From NCBI GenBank assembly GCA_016278585.1, contig JADQBO010000484.1, positions 1-31,804 of the forward strand: DNA of 31,804 nt, in the 5' to 3' direction. Positions 9,421 to 17,329 of the stretch are shown in pieces. The notes under the pieces are model-generated. The model was not told where the DNA came from. It saw nothing but the letters and a program-made list of their open reading frames with translations, and ran no database searches. The translations under genes and the position numbers were made by a program. Positions within the stretch are counted from its first letter, which is position 1; each line of letters opens with the position of its first letter. The stretch is from Desulfosporosinus sp. (GTDB taxonomy: Bacteria > Bacillota > Desulfitobacteriia > Desulfitobacteriales > Desulfitobacteriaceae).

Positions 9421-9435
9421 ATGGTCACCCTTCAA

Positions 9436-10869
9436 TTACTTTTTAATCTGCCACCTTGCGCCTTGCGGAGTATCCTCAATTACAATTCCTTTTTCTTTGA
9501 ACACATCCCGGATAAAGTCCGCCATTTCCCAATCTTTTTTCTGACGTGATCGTGAACGGATCTGTAGGACTGCATCCATAACCTGGGTTAATATCTCATC
9601 GTTTTCGACATGAACTTGGGCTGGATGAAGTAAGTCAAATCCTAAAACATCTCCAAGTTCTACTAAAGTCTTTTGGGCTTGGGCCAATCCTTCTGAATGG
9701 GCAGGATTCTCCTGAACATAAGCATTCATGGTTTTAGCCAATTCAAAAAGGGCTGCATAAGCTAGAGCGGAATTGAAATCATCATCCATAGCCTTTTCAA
9801 AGGCTTGACGTGCTTCTCCAGCTGCCTTAATCAACTCTTCTTGGCTCTGTCCATTGACAGCATTTCCTTTTCGATCCATTGCCTCCTGAGCTAACCGAAC
9901 ACTGGTTTGCAACCGCTCCAATCCCTTTTGAGCCATGATCAAATTTTGATCATTAAAATCTAAAGGACTACGATAGTGAGTTCCTAGTAAATAAAACCGG
10001 ATGACTTCGCCTGGAGAATTAACCAATAACTCGCGGATTGTAAAGAAATTTCCCAAGGACTTGGACATTTTTTCTTGATTGATGGTCAGAAACGCATTGT
10101 GCATCCAATAACGAGCAAAGGTCTTGCCTTTCAAGTACCCTTCGGTTTGGGCAATCTCATTTTCGTGGTGAGGGAACGCCAGATCTTCCCCACCACCGTG
10201 AATATCAAATCCCGCGCCTAGATATTTCAAGGACATGGCTGTACACTCAATATGCCAGCCTGGACGCCCTTCACCCCATGGACTTTTCCAAGCTGGTTCT
10301 CCTGGCTTAGCCTTTTTCCAAAGCGCAAAATCCATAGGATGCTTTTTACGTTCATCCACTTCCACTCGTGCGCCAGCCTTCATATCCTCAAGGGATCTAC
10401 CAGAGAGTTTCCCGTAGTTAGGAAAATGATCCACCGAAAAGTACACATCCCCATCCACTTCATACCCTAACCCCATATCAATAAGGCCCTGAATTATCTC
10501 AATCATCTCAGGAATATGCTCTGTAGCCTTTGGATGAATGGTTGCCGGTAAAAGGTTTAGGGCTTTAGCATCTTTAAAGTATTCCCCAATATATTTTTGA
10601 CCCAAGGCCAAGGGGTCCATCCCTTCGACATTCCCTCTTTGAATGATTTTATCATCCACATCCGTAAAATTTTGGACGTAACGAACATCGTACCCCTTAT
10701 AAGAAAAATATCGCCTAATCATATCGAATACAACAAACATTCTCGCATTCCCAGCATGGAAGTAATTATAGGTCGTCGGACCGCATACGTACATCGCAAC
10801 CTTCCCGCTCTCTCTTGGTTGAAACTCCTCTTTTTGACGAGTCATGGTGTTGTACAATTTCAAAGACAT
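9436..10869 (-). CDS. cysS: Cysteine--tRNA ligase
   Basis: The 477-aa ORF has a class I HIGH-type motif ([13 protein letters not shown]) and the KMSKS motif ([10 protein letters not shown]). The RBS is AAGAGGAGAG. Confidence 0.97.
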   Translation of the reverse strand: MSLKLYNTMTRQKEEFQPRESGKVAMYVCGPTTYNYFHAGNARMFVVFDMIRRYFSYKGYDVRYVQNFTDVDDKIIQRGNVEGMDPLALGQKYIGEYFKDAKALNLLPATIHPKATEHIPEMIEIIQGLIDMGLGYEVDGDVYFSVDHFPNYGKLSGRSLEDMKAGARVEVDERKKHPMDFALWKKAKPGEPAWKSPWGEGRPGWHIECTAMSLKYLGAGFDIHGGGEDLAFPHHENEIAQTEGYLKGKTFARYWMHNAFLTINQEKMSKSLGNFFTIRELLVNSPGEVIRFYLLGTHYRSPLDFNDQNLIMAQKGLERLQTSVRLAQEAMDRKGNAVNGQSQEELIKAAGEARQAFEKAMDDDFNSALAYAALFELAKTMNAYVQENPAHSEGLAQAQKTLVELGDVLGFDLLHPAQVHVENDEILTQVMDAVLQIRSRSRQKKDWEMADFIRDVFKEKGIVIEDTPQGARWQIKK

Positions 10870-11512
10870 TGTATCGACTCTCCTCTTCTTTTAATCGTTG
10901 TTCCAAATACTCCACTCGCTGCATTAAGCATCTTAACATCTCATTCACCGGATCTGGAAGATCATCGTGCCTTAGATCAGGATCTTTAATCGATACCCCG
11001 CGGTGAATAACAATCCGCCCTGGAACCCCCACTACTGTCGTATCACTTGGGACAGGCTTATTAACAACCGATCCCGCCCCGATTTTAACATTATCTCCAA
11101 CTTTAAAGGAACCTAATACCCTTGCCCCTGCACCAATTACCACATTATTGCCTATAGTCGGATGTCTCTTACCCTTTTCTTTACCTGTACCGCCTAACGT
11201 AACCCCTTGATATAGGGTAACATTGTCCCCGATCTCTGTAGTTTCACCTATGACCACACCTGTTCCATGGTCAATAAAGAGACCTTGCCCAATCTTGGCA
11301 CCCGGATGAATTTCAATCCCAGTCAGAAAGCGGCAGAGCTGAGAGATTAGTCGTGGTAAGAGGACCCGATTGTGAAGGTACAACCAATGGGCCATTCGGT
11401 GAAACAGCACAGCATGAAACCCTGGGTAACAAAAGATGACCTCCCAAATACTTTTTGCTGCAGGATCCCGTTCAAAAATGACTTGAATATCGCGCTTCAT
11501 CTGTCCAAACAT
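10766..11512 (-). CDS. cysE: Serine O-acetyltransferase (with out-of-frame 3' extension into cysS)
   Basis: The N-terminal SAT helices ([32 protein letters not shown]) and the hexapeptide-repeat core ([44 protein letters not shown]) are present. The frame has no stop until 10766, which is 104 nt inside cysS. Confidence 0.9.
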   Translation of the reverse strand: MFGQMKRDIQVIFERDPAAKSIWEVIFCYPGFHAVLFHRMAHWLYLHNRVLLPRLISQLCRFLTGIEIHPGAKIGQGLFIDHGTGVVIGETTEIGDNVTLYQGVTLGGTGKEKGKRHPTIGNNVVIGAGARVLGSFKVGDNVKIGAGSVVNKPVPSDTTVVGVPGRIVIHRGVSIKDPDLRHDDLPDPVNEMLRCLMQRVEYLEQRLKEEESRYNVFEIVQHHDSSKRGVSTKREREGCDVRMRSDDL

Positions 11513-11574
11513 CTATAGTTTCACCCTTTCCTCCTTATAGGTATTTTATCCTTCTTTACACAATAATAAATAGA

Positions 11575-11838
11575 CACAAGAAGCGGAACCCTTCGTCCAG
11601 AGACGAAAAGTTCCGCGGTCCCACTCTGTTTGAACGAACAAGTCGTTCCAGCTTGAAGCTTTAACGCAGCTAAAACGGATTGAAATACTAATACTTCTTC
11701 CAATCAACTCCGAGACGCACTTCCAAAAAACCTTTGCAAATGGCTTCCACTGTCCCATCCTCGCTAGTCGCAATTCGTCTTTGTACTCTTTCTCATCATC
11801 GCCTAGATCATATTAAGATAAAAATAATAACATAGTTT
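11575..11838 (-). promoter_or_regulatory. T-box leader (cysteine-specific) controlling cysE-cysS
   Basis: The minus strand carries a GA/K-turn-like TGATGAG...AGTA and a specifier region GAAtTGCGA, with the UGC codon at 11772..11770. It also has the T-box sequence AGAGTGGGACCGCGG. That overlaps the terminator GGAACttttcGTCtctgGACgaaggGTTCC (plus-strand 11585..11614), which is followed by GCTTCTTGTGTCTATTT. The B. subtilis cysE-cysS operon is T-box regulated. Confidence 0.75.
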
Positions 11839-11845
11839 GCATTTT

Positions 11846-11874
11846 ATTATAGGTTAGTTCCCAATCTCTGTCAA
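11846..11874 (-). promoter_or_regulatory. Consensus sigma-A promoter for the T-box/cysE-cysS unit (TTGACA-17-TATAAT)
   Basis: The minus strand reads TTGACAgagattgggaactaaccTATAAT, a 12/12 match, starting 15 nt after the gltX stop. Confidence 0.65.
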
Positions 11875-11889
11875 TAATCATTAACGTTC

Positions 11890-13353
11890 CTAACTCAAAT
11901 AACGAGTCTCTGAGACGGCAATCCGCCCTAGTACATTCTCACGTCCTAACAACGGGATGATATCATAAAGTTCCGGTCCATGCATCTGCCCGGTCAAAGC
12001 CACTCGAACTGGCATATAGACGAGCTTACCCCCGAGCTTTAGTTCCTTTGTCATTTGTTTTAGAAGCACTTTCACACTAGGGCCAGAAAGCAAGTCTATC
12101 TCCCGTACTTTCTCCCCAAACAAGGCTAAAACGGCGGGTACCTGTTCCCCCCCTAGCACCTCTAAGGCTTCTCCTTCAGGCTCAAGTGGAACGTCACCAT
12201 GGAAGTAATGGATAAAGTCCTTCCCTTCTGCCAAATAGGATAGTTTCTCTGAGATAGCTCCGATAAAGCCAATCAACCATTGCTGTTGTTCGGCTGACCG
12301 CTCCTCATATGGAAGAATGCCCAATTCCTGAACATGAGGTAATACTAACTCTGCCAATCGTTCAGGCAAGGTCTTTTTAATGTAATGGGCATTAATATAA
12401 TTCAGCTTATGTCTGTCAAAAACTGCAGGACTTTTGGAAACCCGATCCAATGAAAAAGCCTCCGTCAATTCATCAAGGGTATAAAATTCTTCCTCTCCTG
12501 ATGGTGACCAACCAAGCAGAGCAATAAAATTAACGATGGCTTCCGGGAGATACCCTTTCTTCCAGTAATCTATCACGGCAGTATCCCCATCTCGCTTGCT
12601 CATTTTTCCACCATCCGTATTAAGGATTAGGGAAATATGTGCAAATTGAGGTGATGATACCCCTAATGCTTGATAAATCAACACTTGCCGTGGGGTATTG
12701 GATAGGTGTTCTTCCCCCCGAATAACATGAGTAATGGCCATGGTGATATCATCAACCACGACGGCAAAATTATAGGTGGGAATCCCATCTGATTTAACGA
12801 TAACGTAATCTCCAATCCCATTGCTCTCGAACACAACCTCCCCACGCACCTGATCTGAAATACGGATTGCCTCTCCTTCTGGCACACGGAAACGTACCAC
12901 AGGTTTTCGTCCTTCGAGCTCTAGAGCGGTTCGTTGCTCTAAGGTTAATTGACGACACTTGCCTAAATAGCGAGGGGTTTCCCCTTTGGCAATTAGACTT
13001 TCTCTTTCTTGTTCCAACTCTTCTTCCGTACAGTAACAATAGTAAGCATGTCCGCTGGTCATTAAGGTCTCTGTATACTCCTTGTAAAGTGCCAAGCGAT
13101 CTGTCTGGCGATAAGGCCCATGCTCCCCGCCAGCCTCGATACCCTCATCCCATTGAATATTTAACCATCGAAGGGCTTCCAGTATATTATGTTCTGATTC
13201 TCTGCTTGAACGTTCTAAGTCGGTATCCTCACTCCGGACGATAAATGTCCCCTTGTTCTTACGTGCCCATAAATAATTAAATAAAGCCGATCTTGCCCCT
13301 CCGATGTGAAGCGGACCTGTTGGGCTAGGTGCAAATCGAACGCGAATATTCAT
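11890..13353 (-). CDS. gltX: Glutamate--tRNA ligase
   Basis: The motifs RFAPSPTGPLHIGGARSALFNY (HIGH) and KMSKRDG (KMSKS) are present. ATG 13353 lies 7 nt after GGAGGA and shares 1 nt with the ispF TGA. The track starts at GTG 13356. Confidence 0.96.
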   Translation of the reverse strand: MNIRVRFAPSPTGPLHIGGARSALFNYLWARKNKGTFIVRSEDTDLERSSRESEHNILEALRWLNIQWDEGIEAGGEHGPYRQTDRLALYKEYTETLMTSGHAYYCYCTEEELEQERESLIAKGETPRYLGKCRQLTLEQRTALELEGRKPVVRFRVPEGEAIRISDQVRGEVVFESNGIGDYVIVKSDGIPTYNFAVVVDDITMAITHVIRGEEHLSNTPRQVLIYQALGVSSPQFAHISLILNTDGGKMSKRDGDTAVIDYWKKGYLPEAIVNFIALLGWSPSGEEEFYTLDELTEAFSLDRVSKSPAVFDRHKLNYINAHYIKKTLPERLAELVLPHVQELGILPYEERSAEQQQWLIGFIGAISEKLSYLAEGKDFIHYFHGDVPLEPEGEALEVLGGEQVPAVLALFGEKVREIDLLSGPSVKVLLKQMTKELKLGGKLVYMPVRVALTGQMHGPELYDIIPLLGRENVLGRIAVSETRYLS

Positions 13354-13844
13354 CACTTATCCTCCACCTTTATTAAACTAACCATTGCCTGAGCGCCGAT
13401 TCCTTCTTCTCTACCCACAAAACCTAATCGTTCCGTGGTTGTTGCTTTCACTGAAACACATGATTCCTCTAAATTAAGCGCACGCGAAAGATTCATGCGC
13501 ATCTTTGAGATAAACGGGGCAAGTTTCGGACGCTCTGCCATAATAATACTATCTAAATTTCCAACGCGATACCCCTGGGATTCGATTAGTTTCATAACCT
13601 GCTTTAACAGAGAGAGACTTGAAATCCCACGATAACGAGGATCATTATCTGGAAAATGACCTCCTATATCCCCTAAGGCCAAGGCCCCCAAAAGCGCATC
13701 CATAATCGCATGAGTCAGAACATCCGCATCTGAGTGCCCGAGCAAACCACGCTCATGGGGAATTTTTACTCCCCCAAGAATCAATGACCGCCCCTCCACC
13801 AAAGCGTGAACATCATAACCAATTCCTACTTTAATAGTCAACAC
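13353..13844 (-). CDS. ispF: 2-C-methyl-D-erythritol 2,4-cyclodiphosphate synthase
   Basis: The sequence [42 protein letters not shown] is typical IspF. The start is ambiguous: GTG 13844 or TTG 13841 directly after AAGGGGG, or the track maximum TTG 13883, which has no RBS. Confidence 0.9.
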   Translation of the reverse strand: MLTIKVGIGYDVHALVEGRSLILGGVKIPHERGLLGHSDADVLTHAIMDALLGALALGDIGGHFPDNDPRYRGISSLSLLKQVMKLIESQGYRVGNLDSIIMAERPKLAPFISKMRMNLSRALNLEESCVSVKATTTERLGFVGREEGIGAQAMVSLIKVEDK

Positions 13845-14007
13845 CCCCTTCGCGAAGTTCGAGGTTCGAGGTTCGACACTCAAGATCGAATTCCGGGCAA
13901 CAAACGTCGATTACGTATATCAGTACATTCTTCACCTATGCCTCATTCCCCTTGCATCACACATTGAGCCTCTCCCCATGTCGAGCATCAACCACCCGAT
14001 GTGGGTT

Positions 14008-14706
14008 TTACTTTTCCCTTTGCGCAAGGATCCGCTCAGCTAACCACAAGTCCTCGGGCGTCGTGATCTTAATATTTTCCTGCATACCGTCTACTATCTG
14101 CACAGGATACCCCACCCATTCTAACAAAGATGCATCATCTGTGCCATAGTATCCTGCGGAAACCGCTTTTTGATGAGCATCTTCCAATATCCCTCGGTTA
14201 AAGATTTGGGGGGTTTGAACGGCACGCAAATGTTCACGCGGAAGGGTTTCGAGCACATTTCCGGCTAGGTTAACTCGCTTTACCGTATCCTTAAGGGAAA
14301 CTCCCATAATGGCCGCAGAGTACTCTTGTGTTTCTTCAAGGAATTGGTGAAATATGGGTAATGTTAAAAGGGGCCTCGCCCCATCATGCACCACTATCCG
14401 TTGAATAATGGGACTTAGAGCTCGAACCCCCGCATAAACAGAATCTTGGCGTAACGCTCCACCTTTGCAGATCGCTACAACTTTCTTGAATTCATGCTGA
14501 TCAACAAGGTCTTCTATAACAGAAATATCACCTTCCGCTCCTACAATAACAATTTCAGAAACAACGTTGGATTTCTCAAATAGTCTTACTGTGTGAGCTA
14601 AAATAGGTTGTCCCTTTAATATCAGAAATTGTTTGTTATGTCCGGCCCTCATCCGTTTGCCTTGACCGGCTGCAGGAATAACAATTCCGATTTTAGCCAA
14701 TCGCAT
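14008..14706 (-). CDS. ispD: 2-C-methyl-D-erythritol 4-phosphate cytidylyltransferase
   Basis: The sequence VIPAAGQGKRMRAGHNKQFL...VVHDGARPL is typical IspD. ATG 14706 follows GAGGTGA and overlaps the yacL 3' end by 14 nt. Confidence 0.95.
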   Translation of the reverse strand: MRLAKIGIVIPAAGQGKRMRAGHNKQFLILKGQPILAHTVRLFEKSNVVSEIVIVGAEGDISVIEDLVDQHEFKKVVAICKGGALRQDSVYAGVRALSPIIQRIVVHDGARPLLTLPIFHQFLEETQEYSAAIMGVSLKDTVKRVNLAGNVLETLPREHLRAVQTPQIFNRGILEDAHQKAVSAGYYGTDDASLLEWVGYPVQIVDGMQENIKITTPEDLWLAERILAQREK

Positions 14707-15880
14707 TCACCTCATCCGTCGGACGAAGACCCATCGGCTTTTTTTCCATCGAGGATTTTGGCTTAGCAAAAATCATTCGCCCTGCAGCCGTTTGGAGAAC
14801 ACTGGTTACTAAAACAACAACATTTTGTCCCATGTACCTCCGTCCCATATCCACAACAATCATCGTTCCATCGTCAAGATATGCGACACCCTGTCCAGGC
14901 TCTTTTCCTTCTTTCATTACTTGAACTAACATTTCTTCTCCAGGTAAAACAATGGGTTTAAGAGCATTAGCTAATTCATTAATATTTAGAACCTTAACCC
15001 CTTGAAGTTCTGCCACTTTGTTGAGATTATAATCATTAGTCAATAGAGGAGACCCTAGGACTTGCCCTAACCGTACCAGCTTACTATCCACTTCATTTAT
15101 ATCGTCGAAATCCTGTTCATGAATATGCACTTTGATAACCGTTTCCTTGGAAATCTGATTTAGAATATCAAGCCCTCTGCGCCCACGATTTCGTTTAAGT
15201 AAGTCCGAAGAATCAGCAATATGCCGAAGTTCTTCTAGAACGAAACTTGGAATGAGCAATATCCCTTCCACAAATCCAGTTTTAACAATATCTGCGATCC
15301 GACCATCAATTATCACACTAGTATCGAGTATTTTATAACTCAATGACTCTCGGGAACGGTTACCCTTACTGTCCTTGTGTTTATCTTGCTTATCCGGTTT
15401 ATCAGCCTTATCGGCCTTATCTCCACGATCGCGGAATTTAGGGAGAAAGTTAAGAAATCCCAAGACATCCTCTTTTCGTTTCATACCGATTGTCAGACCT
15501 AGATAACCTAGAAAGAGGCTTAGCAGGACCGCCAAAAGGGGTCCGAAGAATTTAATGTTGACAAATGAATTACCAAATAAACTCGCAATAATAAGTCCAA
15601 TGATTCCTCCAATGGCCCCACCCATAAGATCATATGTAGGGACACCAGTTAAACGTAAATCCATCCAACGCATTAAAGCAATAAAAGAGCGAATACTAAT
15701 CGGAGCAACTAAAAAACCTATGATGCCAAATAAAATACTCATTATGGCGTATGACCAGACAGGGGAGCCGTTCCATCCAAGGGTTTTCAAGAAATCGAGG
15801 CTTATAAGTATATAGTTGAGATAAAATCCTACCGCCCCTAACAACAGAGTGATGATCCCGCGTATTAAATTGCGAATCAT
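14693..15880 (-). CDS. yacL: Membrane-anchored PIN/TRAM domain protein (YacL-like)
   Basis: The ORF has four N-terminal TM helices, a DK-rich linker, a PIN-like domain (YKILDTSVIIDGRIADI...LTNDYNLNKVAELQGVKVLNINELA) and a C-terminal TRAM-like beta region. It occupies the conserved position upstream of ispD. Confidence 0.85.
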   Translation of the reverse strand: MIRNLIRGIITLLLGAVGFYLNYILISLDFLKTLGWNGSPVWSYAIMSILFGIIGFLVAPISIRSFIALMRWMDLRLTGVPTYDLMGGAIGGIIGLIIASLFGNSFVNIKFFGPLLAVLLSLFLGYLGLTIGMKRKEDVLGFLNFLPKFRDRGDKADKADKPDKQDKHKDSKGNRSRESLSYKILDTSVIIDGRIADIVKTGFVEGILLIPSFVLEELRHIADSSDLLKRNRGRRGLDILNQISKETVIKVHIHEQDFDDINEVDSKLVRLGQVLGSPLLTNDYNLNKVAELQGVKVLNINELANALKPIVLPGEEMLVQVMKEGKEPGQGVAYLDDGTMIVVDMGRRYMGQNVVVLVTSVLQTAAGRMIFAKPKSSMEKKPMGLRPTDEVNAIG

Positions 15881-15923
15881 CGTTTCACCTCCTTTTATCC
15901 TATTTTAACTAAAAGTCTTTCCA

Positions 15924-15952
15924 ATTATACTGTGGTTTTCATTATTTTTCAA
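15924..15952 (-). promoter_or_regulatory. Sigma-A-type promoter for yacL-ispD-ispF-gltX (TTGAAA-17-TATAAT)
   Basis: The minus strand reads TTGAAAaataatgaaaaccacagTATAAT, about 45 nt upstream of the yacL ATG (RBS AAAGGAGGTGA). Confidence 0.55.
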
Positions 15953-16181
15953 CCAAAGTAAATTTAATCCTTTTTTAAAGGTATCTTACATTAAATTGAC
16001 TGTAAGTAACTCGTTACAGTATAAGGCTGTACCCCACAAACGCCTTGTTGATTTTATGGCGAATTTAAATCAAAAACGTCCTGCTTAAGTCATGGCAGTT
16101 TTTTAAAGTTAATTTTCAACGCGTAAAGTACGATAATATATCTTGAACAGCCATGACTTCAATAAGACGTTAAAGAGAAAT

Positions 16182-16664
16182 CTAAGCCAAAACCAAAGCA
16201 GATGAAAGCCATCGTCTAACTGATTCTTCTTCAGATCCCTCAGTTAAAACAAGTTCACTAATCAAAATCTGGCAGGCATTTTCGTACATCTTCTTTTCCC
16301 CCGTAGAAAGGCCTTTCTCGTTATCTCTTTGCGCAAGGCTCCGAACGACATTTGCAACCTCAAAAATATTCCCACTTTTGATCTTTTCTAAGTTGGCACG
16401 ATAGCGCCGATTCCAGGCTAAGGTAGCTGCCGTGTCTTTAGTCTTCAGTACTTCTAAAACATCTTTAACCATGGTAGGCGAAATAACTTGCCTTAAGCCA
16501 AGGTTCTCCACGTTGTTCAAGGGAATAAACAATTTCATATTCCCCACTGGTAAATGCATGACATAATATTGGCTTTTTTCTCCAAGAACTTCCCGTTCTT
16601 CAATCGACTCAATAATTCCGGCACCGTGCATCGGATATACAACTTTGTCACCAACCTTAAACAT
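16182..16664 (-). CDS. carD: CarD-family transcriptional regulator (CdnL-like)
   Basis: The 160-aa ORF starts MFKVGDKVVYPMHGAGIIESIEEREVLGEKSQYYVM, the RNAP-interacting Tudor-like domain, followed by a C-terminal helical domain. Confidence 0.9.
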   Translation of the reverse strand: MFKVGDKVVYPMHGAGIIESIEEREVLGEKSQYYVMHLPVGNMKLFIPLNNVENLGLRQVISPTMVKDVLEVLKTKDTAATLAWNRRYRANLEKIKSGNIFEVANVVRSLAQRDNEKGLSTGEKKMYENACQILISELVLTEGSEEESVRRWLSSALVLA

Positions 16665-16686
16665 TCGGCCACCCCCTTATCTATAC

Positions 16687-16754
16687 ATTATAGCAAGGAA
16701 CATAGCCCGGGTCAAAATTTTAAAATTATATCATACAAGTCTTTAGCCTGTCAA
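16687..16754 (-). promoter_or_regulatory. Two tandem near-consensus sigma-A promoters for carD
   Basis: The distal promoter reads TTGACAggctaaagacttgtatgaTATAAT (-35 at 16754..16749, -10 at 16730..16725, 18-nt spacer). The proximal promoter reads TTGACCcgggctatgttccttgcTATAAT (-35 at 16715..16710, -10 at 16692..16687, 17-nt spacer). Confidence 0.5.
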
Positions 16755-16786
16755 TTTCCCTTTTTCAACCTTGATTCAGTTGAAAA

Positions 16787-16816
16787 TTGACAACTGCCCA
16801 GCCAGCTCGGTATAAT
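16787..16816 (+). promoter_or_regulatory. Consensus sigma-A promoter for the plus-strand orphan gene (TTGACA-18-TATAAT)
   Basis: The plus strand reads TTGACAactgcccagccagctcggTATAAT, 33 nt upstream of ATG 16849. It is immediately preceded by an 8-bp inverted repeat, TTTTCAAC-n9-GTTGAAAA (16762..16786). Confidence 0.55.
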
Positions 16817-16848
16817 AGAGATGGCAGAAAGGAGTGAGGATAGCACAC

Positions 16849-17241
16849 ATGGAGCAACTCACTGACCAATTCCAAGACACGGTAAAGTCTCTGTTGATCA
16901 GGCATCAAAGCATTTTGGATATCTTGACCAAAGGGCAAGAAACTTCAGCGCGTGTTAACCGAGCCGTCGTCAAATCTGTGACAAGCTGTGGTTGCCATGC
17001 AGTGAATGCGCGTAAGAAATCCTTACCCACTGATGCAAGCCTCGCTGATTTAAAAGAGCTTTTGGACAGCCAGCTTGAAGGAGTCGTTTGTGATAATTGC
17101 CGAGATATTATAGAAGCAGAAATAGGTAAGCAACTCTTTTATATTGCGGCACTATCTAACGCCTTGGATATCTCGCTGACCGATGTCCTAGACCAAGAAC
17201 ACAAAAAACTCCAGACTTTAACAATTTTCAATTTGACGTAA
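16849..17241 (+). CDS. Hypothetical Cys-rich protein (about 130 aa), C-terminal helix pair reminiscent of MazG-like NTP-PPase helices
   Basis: This is the only plus-strand gene. ATG 16849 follows AAAGGAGTGAGGA; the track starts at GTG 16834. It carries SCGCH...CDNC cysteines. The tail AEIGKQLFYIAALSNALDISLTDVLDQE resembles the E-x-G-D-x-L-[FW]-Y...A..LGIDL helices of MazG-type proteins (from memory), but has K in place of the metal-binding D. A hairpin terminator follows the gene. Confidence 0.7.
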   Translation: MEQLTDQFQDTVKSLLIRHQSILDILTKGQETSARVNRAVVKSVTSCGCHAVNARKKSLPTDASLADLKELLDSQLEGVVCDNCRDIIEAEIGKQLFYIAALSNALDISLTDVLDQEHKKLQTLTIFNLT

Positions 17242-17279
17242 GTCATTGCCCCATTTATGTAATAGGTTTAAAGTAATTA

Positions 17280-17300
17280 AGCTCCTGCCTTGCAGGAGCT
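17280..17300. terminator. Bidirectional hairpin terminator between convergent genes
   Basis: AGCTCCTGC-ctt-GCAGGAGCT is a perfect 9-bp stem, AT-rich on both sides. It lies between the plus-strand orphan (ends 17241) and the rubredoxin gene (ends 17330). Confidence 0.7.
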
Positions 17301-17329
17301 ATTATATTGATGTAACCTTTTAACTTTAA

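Noticed and set aside
10597-10989. 130-aa plus-strand ORF across the cysE/cysS junction
   Set aside because: It is antisense to two conserved genes. I considered it as a possible explanation for the odd overlap, but it has no start context and no recognisable domain.
11521-11773. 60-aa and 75-aa minus-strand ORFs upstream of cysE
   Set aside because: They lie entirely within the T-box leader RNA (specifier, T-box sequence and terminator), have no RBS, and the element explains the space.
12678-13244. Alternative-frame and antisense ORFs inside gltX (12678..12887, 12794..13039, 12867..13244)
   Set aside because: They are embedded in the well-supported gltX frame, and their translations are low in complexity and Arg-rich.
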